Positions 1-9,116 of a DNA stretch of 64,000 nucleotides are shown here, piece after piece; the stretch's first letter is position 1; the number at the start of each line of letters is the position of its first letter. The DNA lies in assembly GCA_047602405.1 (NCBI GenBank), contig JASGHJ010000002.1:2848001-2912000 (forward strand). Reading direction: 5' to 3'. This DNA comes from Anaeromyxobacteraceae bacterium (GTDB taxonomy: Bacteria; Myxococcota; Myxococcia; Myxococcales; Anaeromyxobacteraceae). The notes beneath the pieces are model-generated. The model saw only the letters and a program-made list of their open reading frames with translations. It made no database searches and was not told the origin of the DNA. The position numbers and the translations under genes are program-made.

Positions 1-301
1 CCTCGTGCTCTTCGCCGTCATGCTGACGAGCAAGATCACCGAGGTCACCGTCTCGAACACGAGCGTCGGGCTCTGGGGCGGGCTCCTCCTCTTCGTCGCG
101 GTGGCGCCGGTGCTCGGCGCGGTCGCGTTCCTCACCCCCTGGAGCGTGCGGGAGCCCGGGGCGCTCGCCCCCACCACCCAGGCCATCGGGAACGCCTTCC
201 TGACGAAGTGGCTCCTCCCGTTCGAGGTGGCGTCGCTGCTGCTCCTCGCGACCCTGGTCGGCGCGGTCGTGATGGCGCGCAAGGAGATCCGGCCCGAATG
301 A
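1..301 (+). CDS. nuoJ: NADH-quinone oxidoreductase subunit J (5'-truncated by window edge)
   Basis: LFAVMLT...IG..FLTKWLLPFEVASLLLLATLVGAVVMARKE is the typical NuoJ C-terminus; directly upstream of nuoK. Confidence 0.93.
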   Translation, partial: LVLFAVMLTSKITEVTVSNTSVGLWGGLLLFVAVAPVLGAVAFLTPWSVREPGALAPTTQAIGNAFLTKWLLPFEVASLLLLATLVGAVVMARKEIRPE

Positions 302-603
302 TCACGCTCGCGCACTTCCTCGTCGTCGGCGCGCTCCTGTTCACGCTCGGGCTCGTCACGGTGTCCACCCGCCGGAACGCGGTCGGCGTCCTGATGGGCG
401 TCGAGCTCATCCTGAACGGCGCCAACGTGAACTTCGTCGCCTTCGAGCGGTACGTGGGCGGCGGCGGCGCGGGCCAGGCCTTCGCCCTCTTCGTCATCGT
501 GCTCGCGGCGGCGGAGGCGGCGGTGGGGCTCGCCATCGTCCTCGCCATCTTCCAGACCACGAAGACCATCGACGTCCGCGCCGCGGACCTGCTCCGGGAG
601 TGA
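298..603 (+). CDS. nuoK: NADH-quinone oxidoreductase subunit K
   Basis: MITLAHFL...RRNAVGVLMGVELILNGANVNFVAF...LAAAEAAVGLAIV; ATGA overlap with nuoJ stop. Confidence 0.96.
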   Translation: MITLAHFLVVGALLFTLGLVTVSTRRNAVGVLMGVELILNGANVNFVAFERYVGGGGAGQAFALFVIVLAAAEAAVGLAIVLAIFQTTKTIDVRAADLLRE

Positions 604-2852
604 CCGTGGAACACGAGGCCATGGAGCTCGCCCCGCTCGTCACGACCACGGTGTCGTGGCTGCGGCTCATCCCGCTCCTCCCGATGCTGGGGGCGACCTG
701 GAACTTCCTGTTCGGGAAGCGCCTGCAGGCCCGCTACGGGAACGCGCCGATCCACGCGGTCGCCGTCGGCGTGATGACCGTCGCCTTCGCCCTCGCGGTC
801 GGCGCCTTCGTGACCATGCTCGGGCTGGAGGCGTCGCACCGGTTCCTGCAGGACACCGCCTGGACGCTCGCGGTGGCCGGGCCGCTGAAGGTCGACCTCG
901 GCTTCGCGCTCGACCCGCTCTCGATGACGCTGACCCTGGTGGTCACCGGCATCGGCACGCTCATCCACGTCTTCTCGACCGGCTACATGCACGACGAGAA
1001 GGCGTACTGGCGCTACTTCACGTACCTCAACCTCTTCGCCGCCGCGATGCTCACGCTCGTCATGGGTGACAACCTCGCGGTCGTCTTCTTCGGCTGGGAG
1101 GGCGTCGGCCTCGCCTCCTACCTCCTCATCGGCTTCTGGTGGCGCGACCGCGACAAGGCCGCCGCCGGCATGAAGGCGTTCGTCGTCAACCGCGTCGGCG
1201 ACTTCGGCTTCCTCGCGGGCCTGCTGCTCCTCTTCTGGCTCCTCGCCGGCGCCTGGGGCACCGGGGTCCCGGCCCACGTCGCGCCGACCGTGAACTGGCG
1301 CGAGCTGCGCGACCTCATCGCGCTCCCCGAGACGGGGCTCGCCCACCACCTGCAGTCGGTGCAGGTGCTCGGGCTGCCCGCCCTCGCGGTGGTCGGGATG
1401 CTCCTCTTCGTCGGCGCGATGGGGAAGAGCGCCCAGCTCCCGCTGCACGTCTGGCTGCCCGACGCGATGGCCGGCCCGACCCCGGTCTCCGCCCTCATCC
1501 ACGCGGCCACGATGGTGACCGCCGGCGTCTACCTCGTCGCCCGGCTCAACTTCGTCTACGCGCTCTCGCCCTCGGCGATGGGCTGGGTGGCGCTCGTCGG
1601 CGGGCTCACCGCCTTCTTCGCGGCGACCATCGGCGTCGTCCAGACCGACATCAAGAAGGTGCTCGCCTACTCCACCGTCTCCCAGCTCGGCTTCATGTTC
1701 GTGGGCGTCGGGGTGGGCACCTACTGGGCCGGCGTCTACCACCTCGTCACGCACGCCTTCTTCAAGGCGGCGCTCTTCCTCGGGTCGGGCTCGGTCATCA
1801 TGGCCTGCCACCACGAGCAGGACATGCGGAAGATGGGCGGGCTCGGGAAGCTCATGCCCATCACGCGGTGGACGTACCTCATCGCGACGCTCGCCATCGC
1901 GGGCTTCCCGGTGGCGTCCGGCTTCTACTCGAAGGACGAGATCCTCTGGAAGGCGTTCACCGCGCGGCACCTCGAGCTCTTCGGGCACCCCACGCCCTGG
2001 CTCGGGCCGGCGATCTGGCTCGCGGGGCTCGTCGCCGCGACCGGGACGTCGTTCTACATGTTCCGCTCGTACTACATGACCTTCACGGGCGCCTACCGCG
2101 GAGGCCACGCCGACCACGGGCACGACGCGCACGCGGCGCACGGCGCCGACGCCGCCCACGGCGCCGCGAAGACCGCGCACGGCCATGACGCTCACGGCCA
2201 CGGCCACCTGCCGAAGGAGTCCCCGGTCGCGATGACCGCCGTGCTGATCGTGCTCGCGGCCGGCGCGATCCTCATGAGCTTCTTCGGCCTCCCCATGGCC
2301 TGGACCGGCCACGAGCCGCTCCTCGAGGCCTGGCTCGCGCCCTCGCTCCCCGCCGGCCCCACGGTGCCGTTCACCGAGTTCCCGCACGCCATGGAGTACC
2401 TGTTCCAGGCGCTCGGGGTCGGCGCGGCGACGGTGGGCTGGCTCATCGCCCGCGCGCTCTACGCCGACGCGCGGTCGAGGACGCCCGAGGCCCTCAAGGC
2501 CCGCTTCCTCGCGGCCTGGACCTTCGTGAACCAGGCCTGGCGGGTCGACGCGCTCTACGCGCGCACGGTCATCCGCCCGACCGTGGCGACCGCGCGCGGC
2601 CTCTCCCGCTTCGACGGCGCCGTCATCGACGGCCTCGTGAACGCGGTGGGCGCGGTCGGCCGGTTCCTCGGCTTCATCGACGCCGCCATCGACACGCACC
2701 TCGTCGACGGCGCGGTCAACCTCGTCGCCACGCTCACCGGCCGGGCCGGCCGCGCCATGCGCGGCCTCCAGACCGGCCGGATCCAGACCTACCTCTACGG
2801 CGCGCTCGGCGGAGCGCTGTTCGTCGTCCTCCTCAACTTCCTCGTTCGCTGA
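600..2852 (+). CDS. nuoL: NADH-quinone oxidoreductase subunit L
   Basis: GWEGVGLASYLLIGFW, GKSAQLPLHVWLPDAMAGPTPVSALIHAATMVTAG and KKVLAYSTVSQLG motifs. Confidence 0.97.
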   Translation: MTVEHEAMELAPLVTTTVSWLRLIPLLPMLGATWNFLFGKRLQARYGNAPIHAVAVGVMTVAFALAVGAFVTMLGLEASHRFLQDTAWTLAVAGPLKVDLGFALDPLSMTLTLVVTGIGTLIHVFSTGYMHDEKAYWRYFTYLNLFAAAMLTLVMGDNLAVVFFGWEGVGLASYLLIGFWWRDRDKAAAGMKAFVVNRVGDFGFLAGLLLLFWLLAGAWGTGVPAHVAPTVNWRELRDLIALPETGLAHHLQSVQVLGLPALAVVGMLLFVGAMGKSAQLPLHVWLPDAMAGPTPVSALIHAATMVTAGVYLVARLNFVYALSPSAMGWVALVGGLTAFFAATIGVVQTDIKKVLAYSTVSQLGFMFVGVGVGTYWAGVYHLVTHAFFKAALFLGSGSVIMACHHEQDMRKMGGLGKLMPITRWTYLIATLAIAGFPVASGFYSKDEILWKAFTARHLELFGHPTPWLGPAIWLAGLVAATGTSFYMFRSYYMTFTGAYRGGHADHGHDAHAAHGADAAHGAAKTAHGHDAHGHGHLPKESPVAMTAVLIVLAAGAILMSFFGLPMAWTGHEPLLEAWLAPSLPAGPTVPFTEFPHAMEYLFQALGVGAATVGWLIARALYADARSRTPEALKARFLAAWTFVNQAWRVDALYARTVIRPTVATARGLSRFDGAVIDGLVNAVGAVGRFLGFIDAAIDTHLVDGAVNLVATLTGRAGRAMRGLQTGRIQTYLYGALGGALFVVLLNFLVR

Positions 2853-2876
2853 GCCTTCGACCGGAGCCAGACCCCC

Positions 2877-4538
2877 ATGTTCGACGCCGGCAACGTCCTC
2901 ACCTGGGCCACCTTCGCCCCGCTCCTCGGGTCGGCGGCCATCCTCGTGCTCGTCGCGGTGCGCTACGCGGCGAACCTCCCGAAGCGCGTCGCCGACCAGG
3001 GCGCGCGCGCCATCGCCCTCTTCACGAGCGCGCTCTCGTTCGTCGCCGCCATCTACGCCTGGTCCTTCTACCAGTCGGCCGACGCGGGCCCGCAGCTCGT
3101 GCAGCGCGCGGTCTGGATCCGGAGCTTCGGCGTCGAGTACCACGTCGGCGTCGACGGCCTCTCGATCTCGATGGTGCTCCTCTCCGGGCTCATCTCGCTC
3201 GTCGCGACCGTCGCCTCGATGCCCTGGTGGTCGGGCGCGAAGGACGCCGAGATGGCCGGCATCACCCAGCCTCACGAGGCGGGGGGCCACGGCGACGGCC
3301 ACGGGCACCACAAGCCGCACTTCTCGGTCCGGATGACGCCGGGCTACATGGCGCTCCTGCTCCTCCTGCAGACGGGCATGATCGGCACCTTCGTCGCCCT
3401 GGACATGTTCCTCTTCTACGTGTTCTGGGAGGTCATGCTCCTGCCGATGTACTTCCTCATCGGCATCTGGGGCGGGCCGCGCAAGGAGTACGCGGCGATC
3501 AAGTTCTTCCTCTACACGCTCGCGGGCTCCGTGCTCATGCTGCTCGCGATCATCGGCGTGTACTACGCGTCGGGCCCCTCGACGCTCGTCGACGGCACCC
3601 CGGTCCAGCACACCTTCGACCTCGTCGAGCTCGCCCGCCAGGGCGCGGCCGGCCGCTTCACGAACGCCGCCCCCATCCTCGGGATGGAGTTCGCGAAGCT
3701 CTGCTTCGTCCTCTTCTTCATCGGGTTCGCCATCAAGATCCCGATGTTCCCGTTCCACACCTGGCTGCCCGACGCCCACGTCGAGGCCCCCACGCCCATC
3801 TCGGTCATCCTCGCGGGCGTGCTCCTCAAGATGGGCCCGTACGGCATCCTCCGCTTCAACTACCCGCTTTTCCCCGACGCCACGCACTGGGCCGCGAACG
3901 CCGTCGCCGTGCTCGGGATGATCAACATCGTCTACGCGGCGCTCGTCTGCCTCGGGCAGAAAGACCTCAAGAAGCTCATCGCGTACTCGTCGGTCTCGCA
4001 CATGGGCTTCACGCTGCTCGGCATGGCGGCCATGACGCCGACCGGGATGTCCGGGGCGATCCTCAACCTCTTCACCCACGGCATCATCAGCCCGATGCTG
4101 TTCCTCGTGGTCGGCGTCATCTACGACCGCGCCCACCACCGCGAGATTGAGGGCTTCGGCGGCCTCGCCCAGGAGCTGCCGGAGTACACGGCGATCATGG
4201 GCCTCGCCTTCTTCGCCTCGCTGGGCCTCCCCGGCCTCGCGGGCTTCGTCTCCGAGTTCCTGGTGTTCGCCGGCTCCTTCCCGACCTTCACCGCGTACAC
4301 GGTGATCTCGGCGACGAGCGTCGTCTTCACCGCGGCCTACTACCTGTGGGCCATCCACCGGATGTTCCTCGGCGCGCCCAACCCGAAGTACGCGGGCTAC
4401 CCCGACCTCAACTGGCGCGAGCGCCTCACGCTCTACCCGCTCGGCGCCTTCGCGATCGTGCTGGGCTTCTACCCCCAGTTCATCCTGAGCGCGGTCAACG
4501 GCACGCTCCACGCGATCGTCCGCTCGATCCCGAGCTAG
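2877..4538 (+). CDS. nuoM: NADH-quinone oxidoreductase subunit M
   Basis: FYVFWEVMLLPMYFLIG, KIPMFPFHTWLPDAHVEAPT and DLKKLIAYSSVSHMG motifs. Confidence 0.97.
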   Translation: MFDAGNVLTWATFAPLLGSAAILVLVAVRYAANLPKRVADQGARAIALFTSALSFVAAIYAWSFYQSADAGPQLVQRAVWIRSFGVEYHVGVDGLSISMVLLSGLISLVATVASMPWWSGAKDAEMAGITQPHEAGGHGDGHGHHKPHFSVRMTPGYMALLLLLQTGMIGTFVALDMFLFYVFWEVMLLPMYFLIGIWGGPRKEYAAIKFFLYTLAGSVLMLLAIIGVYYASGPSTLVDGTPVQHTFDLVELARQGAAGRFTNAAPILGMEFAKLCFVLFFIGFAIKIPMFPFHTWLPDAHVEAPTPISVILAGVLLKMGPYGILRFNYPLFPDATHWAANAVAVLGMINIVYAALVCLGQKDLKKLIAYSSVSHMGFTLLGMAAMTPTGMSGAILNLFTHGIISPMLFLVVGVIYDRAHHREIEGFGGLAQELPEYTAIMGLAFFASLGLPGLAGFVSEFLVFAGSFPTFTAYTVISATSVVFTAAYYLWAIHRMFLGAPNPKYAGYPDLNWRERLTLYPLGAFAIVLGFYPQFILSAVNGTLHAIVRSIPS

Positions 4539-4556
4539 GGGACCGGCGAGGAACCC

Positions 4557-6108
4557 ATGGAGACCCTCCTCCCCATCGTGAAGGACAACGTCGGCTCGGT
4601 CGCCGCGTTCCTGCCGGAGCTCGTGCTCGGCGCGGCCGCGATGCTGGTGCTCGTGCTCGACGCCGCGCTCCGGAAGCACCCGCGCCGCACCGGGATTCCT
4701 CACCGGCGCCGCGCTCGCCTCCCTCGCGGTGGTCGCGCTCCTGCACGGCGCCCGCCCCGAGGGCGAGAAGCTCATCTGGGCGGGGCTCATCGCGTCCGAC
4801 GCCTTCTCCCGCTTCTTCGGCTGGCTGTTCCTCGGCGCCGGCGCGATGACGGTCGTGCTCGCCGGCTTCGGGCGCGACTTCCCCGCCCCGCGCATCGGCC
4901 AGTTCCACGCGCTCCTGCTCACGGTGGTGCTGGGCCTGTTCCTGATGGCGAGCGCCACCGACCTGTTGATGATCTACCTCGCCATCGAGCTCGTCTCGGT
5001 GCCGAGCTACGTGCTCGCGGGCTTCCGGCGCAACGACCGCCGCGCCTCCGAGGCGGCGCTGAAGTACGTCGTGTTCGGCGGGGTCGCCTCCGGCGTCATG
5101 CTCTTCGGCATGAGCTACCTCTTCGGCCTCACCGGCACGACCGCCATCGGCGAGATTGGCCCGCGGCTGGCGGTGATCCAGACCCAGCTCGGGCTGCCGC
5201 AGGCGGCGGTGCGCTTCACGCTCGTGGTCTCGATCGTCTTCGTGCTCGCCGGCGTCGGCTACAAGATCTCGGCGGTGCCGTGGCACATGTGGTGCCCCGA
5301 CGTGTACGAGGGCGCCCCGAGCCCCTTCACCGCGTTCCTCTCGGTGGGCCCGAAGGCCGCCGGCTTCGCGCTCGCGCTCCGGCTCTTCCACGTGGCGTTC
5401 TCGATGCCGCTCGGCGCGCCGCTCGCCGACGCGCTCGACGGCGTGCCCTGGCCGGCGGTCATCGGCGTCGTCGCCGCGGTCACGATGACGCTCGGGAACC
5501 TCGCCGCGCTCTCGCAGACCAACCTGAAGCGCCTCCTCGCGTACTCCTCGATCGCGCAGGCGGGCTACACGCTCATGGGGCTCGCGGCCGCGTCCGAGCG
5601 CGGCACCCAGGCCGTGATGATCCAGCTCGTGATGTACCTCGTCATGAACCTGGGCGCCTTCATGGTGGTGATCCGGGTCGCCGACGCGACGGGCTCGGAG
5701 TCGATCCAGGACTACCGCGGCCTCGCGCGGCGCCAGCCGCTCGCCGCGATCACCTTCGCGGTGTTCCTCTTCTCGCTCACCGGGCTCCCGCCGCTCGCGG
5801 GCTTCGCCGGGAAGTGGTGGCTGTTCTACGCGGTGTTCGAGCGGGTCGGCGGGCCGGGCGGCGCGGGCTACGCGCTCCTCGCGCTCTGCGGCGCCATCAA
5901 CACGGCGATCTCGCTCTACTACTACGCGCGGATCGTGAAGGCGATGTTCCTCGACGACCTGCCGGAGGGCGAGGTGAAGCCGCTGCCGCGCGCCTGGCTC
6001 GACCAGCTCTTGCTCGGCGGGCTCGCGACCGGGGTCCTCGTGCTGGGCCTCTGGTGGCAGCCGGTGATCGACTGGACCGGCGCCGCGGTCCGGATGTTCC
6101 GCGGCTGA
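4557..6108 (+). CDS. nuoN: NADH-quinone oxidoreductase subunit N (apparent +1 frameshift near 4690-4700, probably an error)
   Basis: N-terminus METLLP...FLPELVL in the frame from 4557; body (EAALKY, GYKISAVPWHMWCPDVYEGAP, NLKRLLAYSSIAQAGY) in ORF 4729..6108. Confidence 0.92.
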
Positions 6109-6310
6109 GGCGCGGCCCCTCCGACGAGGGCGGGCCGACCGTGGAGGAATGGGACGGACCGAGGGCCGGTCCGTCCCGGATCTCCCCAGCTCCCGGCCGC
6201 CGGCGGCGCCAACCCCCGATTCTTCCGGGAGTGCACCCGTGGCACGTCGGATGCGAGGCGAGCGGGCCCGGGACACACGTCCGTCCACCCGTCCCATGAG
6301 GAGAGCCCCC

Positions 6311-6517
6311 ATGAAGAACGCCATCTTCGCCGCGCTCGTGCTCGCCATCGCCGCCCCCGCGTTCGCGGACGAGGCCAAGAAGGACGCCGCCCCCGCGAAG
6401 GCCCCGGCCGCCGCGAAGGCCGAGGACAAGAAGGACGCGAAGGCCCCCGCCGGCGCCCCGAAGGCCGAGGAGAAGAAGGACGCCGCGAAGCCGGCCGAGG
6501 CGCCGAAGGCGAAGTAA
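6311..6517 (+). CDS. Small secreted Ala/Lys/Asp-rich low-complexity protein
   Basis: RBS GAGGAG; signal peptide MKNAIFAALVLAIAAPAFA; KKDA(A/K)..KAP repeats; host-like codon usage. Confidence 0.8.
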   Translation: MKNAIFAALVLAIAAPAFADEAKKDAAPAKAPAAAKAEDKKDAKAPAGAPKAEEKKDAAKPAEAPKAK

Positions 6518-6538
6518 CGAGGTCTCCGCACGGGACCC

Positions 6539-6577
6539 GGAGGGCCGGCAGGCGTCCTGCCGGCCCTCCTCCGTTTT
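6539..6577 (+). terminator. Intrinsic terminator-like hairpin
   Basis: GGAGGGCCGGCAGG-CGT-CCTGCCGGCCCTCC 14-bp perfect stem followed by TCCGTTTT. Confidence 0.75.
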
Positions 6578-6594
6578 CGTGGTAGACGGTCGCC

Positions 6595-6944
6595 ATGTCG
6601 ACCGACCGCGCCGCGCTGAAGCGCCAGTACCGTGAGGCGAAGGAGCCCATGGGCGTCTTCGTCATCCGGAACCTCCGGAACGGCCGCTTCCAGGTCCGCC
6701 AGGCGCTCAACCTGCGCGGCGGGATGAACCGCCTCAAGGTCGAGATCACCCCCGGCACGAACCCCAACGTCGCGCTCCGGGACGACTGGCGCGCCATGGG
6801 CCGGAGGCCTTCGAGGTGAAGGTGCTCGACGTGCTCGAGCCGCCGAAGGACGCGCCGTCGAGCTGGGACCCGAAGGACGACCTCGCCGAGCTCGAGCGGA
6901 TGTGGATCGAGCGGCTGAAGGCGGAGGGCGGGGTGCCCTACTGA
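6595..6944 (+). CDS. GIY-YIG-like small protein (apparent frameshift near 6798-6802)
   Basis: RAALKRQYREAKEPMGVFVIRNLRNGR...DDWRAMG continues in another frame as PEAFEVKVLDVLEP...DDLAELERMWIERL to TGA at 6942-6944. Confidence 0.7.
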
Positions 6945-7001
6945 GGCCGGGATGAGCTCCTCACGGCGCCGCGCTCGACGCGCCCGGGCGGGGTGGCGGC
7001 C

Positions 7002-7715
7002 TCACTTGAAGCGGGCGCCCGCGAGGGCCTCGCGGCGGTCACGTCCGGCGGCGGGGAGGCCGTCGAGGTAGAGGACCACCCCGAGGGCGGCCTTCGTGTA
7101 CAGGTTCCCGCCGTACTGCGCGTAGACGGCGAGCGACGTGGAGGTGCCCCGGTGCGCCGTCCACTCCCCTCGCAGCACCACGTCCGCGCGGGTCTGCTTG
7201 AGCTGGCTGACGGCGTACGAGACGCCGGCCGAGGCGAACCAGCGGTCGGACGGGTAGAGCCGCAGGAAGAGCTCCCAGAAGCGCAGGTCGTCGCCGAAGC
7301 TCTTGCGCTCGAGGCCCACGCTCCCGACGACGCGCAACCACGGCTCCTCCTCGACCTCCCCGTGCAGCGCGAAGGTGTCGCTCCGGATGCCGCCCTGGAG
7401 CTCCGTGTGCCCCCAGGAGGCGCCCGCGACGAACCGGCCGAGCCAGGCGTAGGCCCGCAGCGCCCCCGAGCCGACCCACTCGCCCTGGCCGAATCGCCCG
7501 CCGAGCGCGTCGACGCGCAGCCGCAGCGGGCCGGGCAGCGGGACGCCGAGCGAGAGCTGGGCCGCGGCGAAGCCCTGGGTCCGGCCTCCGACGGTGGAGT
7601 AGTCCGCCCGGTACACGCCGCCCAGGGCCTCGGCCGAGACGAGCCGCAGGCCGGCGTCGCGGGGCGGGTCGCCCGCGGCGGCGAGGAGCGCGAGCACGAG
7701 GAGGGAGGCCGTCAC
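7002..7715 (-). CDS. Hypothetical exported protein, beta-strand-rich (possible outer-membrane protein)
   Basis: GTG start overlapping the upstream stop; signal-like VTASLLVLALLAAAG; amphipathic beta pattern. Confidence 0.6.
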   Translation of the reverse strand: MTASLLVLALLAAAGDPPRDAGLRLVSAEALGGVYRADYSTVGGRTQGFAAAQLSLGVPLPGPLRLRVDALGGRFGQGEWVGSGALRAYAWLGRFVAGASWGHTELQGGIRSDTFALHGEVEEEPWLRVVGSVGLERKSFGDDLRFWELFLRLYPSDRWFASAGVSYAVSQLKQTRADVVLRGEWTAHRGTSTSLAVYAQYGGNLYTKAALGVVLYLDGLPAAGRDRREALAGARFK

Positions 7716-8251
7716 CGCGCGTACCTCAGGCCGACGTGGAACGAGAGCCCGTCGTAGGCGGGGTTGTCGGTGACGAGCCCGCGGCCGTTCGAGTGGTGAA
7801 GGAACCGGACCCCGCCTGCGACGGCGACCCCGCGGCCGAGGTCCAGGTCGGCCCCGAGGCCCCAGGCGGAGTACCCGTTCCACCGCGTCCCGCCGGGCGG
7901 GAACGGCCTCGCGAACCTGGCTCCGCCGAACCCGAACTCGAAGGCGCACGAGGACTCGCCGAGCCGGAGGAAGTGCCAGCGCGCGAGCGGCAGGGCCGTG
8001 ACCCCGGTCGCGTCCGCGATGACGCCGCCGCGCGTCCCCTCGAACCGCACCGCCGCGAGCTCCAGCCCCGCGGAGAGCGAGGGCGCGAAGCGGCGCATCG
8101 CCCCGGCGCGCAGCTCGAGCTTGTCGAGGCGGGAGTTCACGTCGATCCCGCTCCCCCACCCCGCCGCGAGCGTGTACTCCCAGCGCGGGTCCCACCCGGA
8201 GGCGGGGGTGGCGGCGAGCAGCAGGGCGGCGGCGGCGAGCCTCGGGGGCAT
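7712..8251 (-). CDS. PagL-like acyloxyacyl hydrolase / lipid A 3-O-deacylase family beta-barrel
   Basis: Signal peptide; C-terminal RFLHHSNG...NPAYDGLSFHVGLRY matches the PagL H-x-S-N...N-P-x-x-D pattern. Confidence 0.7.
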   Translation of the reverse strand: MPPRLAAAALLLAATPASGWDPRWEYTLAAGWGSGIDVNSRLDKLELRAGAMRRFAPSLSAGLELAAVRFEGTRGGVIADATGVTALPLARWHFLRLGESSCAFEFGFGGARFARPFPPGGTRWNGYSAWGLGADLDLGRGVAVAGGVRFLHHSNGRGLVTDNPAYDGLSFHVGLRYAR

Positions 8252-8318
8252 GCGGCGACGTGACACGCCGTCCTCGTAGCACGGTTCCCCCGCTTCCACG
8301 ACGCGTTATGGTGAAGGC

Positions 8319-8651
8319 ATGCCCCTCGAGAAGAAGCGCCTCGACGTCCGCCGTTGGGACGCGGCGAAGCTCCAGAAGCTGAACCTCTTCGAGACCGCCC
8401 GCTTCTTCGCGGACGTCTACTGCATGGAGGTCGGCCAGCAGCAGAAGCCGCACGTCCACGCGGACTCCGACAAGCTCTACGCCGTGCTCGAGGGTACCGC
8501 CGTCGCGACGGTGGGCGGCGAGGAGGCGACGCTCGGCCCGGGCGAGGTCGTGCTCTGCCCGGCCGGCGTCGAGCACGCGATCGAGAACCGCGGCCCGGGC
8601 CGGGCCGCGGTGCTCGCGTTCGCGGCGCCGCACACGCATCCGCCGAGGTGA
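8319..8651 (+). CDS. Cupin domain protein
   Basis: PHVHADSDKLYAVLEG...LGPGEVVLCPAGVEHAIEN cupin motifs. Confidence 0.9.
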   Translation: MPLEKKRLDVRRWDAAKLQKLNLFETARFFADVYCMEVGQQQKPHVHADSDKLYAVLEGTAVATVGGEEATLGPGEVVLCPAGVEHAIENRGPGRAAVLAFAAPHTHPPR

Positions 8652-8726
8652 GGCGGCGGCTGCAGCTGGCCGAACCCCTACCGGTAGCCGGGTCAGGTGC
8701 TTCCCACCGGGCCGGGCCGCGGCAGT

Positions 8727-9020
8727 TCACCGTCGGTGGATCAACCGCAGGGCCGCAGCGGCGGACTCGCGCGAGAGCACGCGTCCCTCACGCAGCTTCG
8801 GGGCCCCGGGATCCGCCAGGCGCCTCAACGCGACCGCCAGTTCGTCCGCGAACCAGTCACGCCAGTCCAGCACGCGCTCGAGCTCCGTCTTCCGTGTCCC
8901 CCCCGGCGCCTGGTTGTGGGGCGGGCTGTTGAAGTAGCAGTCCGCGCAGGTCGCGATGAGCTCGAAGGCCTCGTTCAGGACGCGGACATCGTCGATCGGA
9001 TCGGTGGGCGCGAGCGACAT
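8727..9020 (-). CDS. Hypothetical 97-aa protein
   Basis: Strong RBS GGGAGG before ATG (MSLAPTDPIDD...); follows the kinase on the same strand. Confidence 0.55.
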   Translation of the reverse strand: MSLAPTDPIDDVRVLNEAFELIATCADCYFNSPPHNQAPGGTRKTELERVLDWRDWFADELAVALRRLADPGAPKLREGRVLSRESAAAALRLIHRR

Positions 9021-9116
9021 GGTGTTCCTCCCGTAGAGAGAGACCCCGAGCAACGCACCTTCCGACGCGCTCCGCTGCGCCCACGACGGGCCGCCACGAA
9101 CGCGGCACGCCACGCC

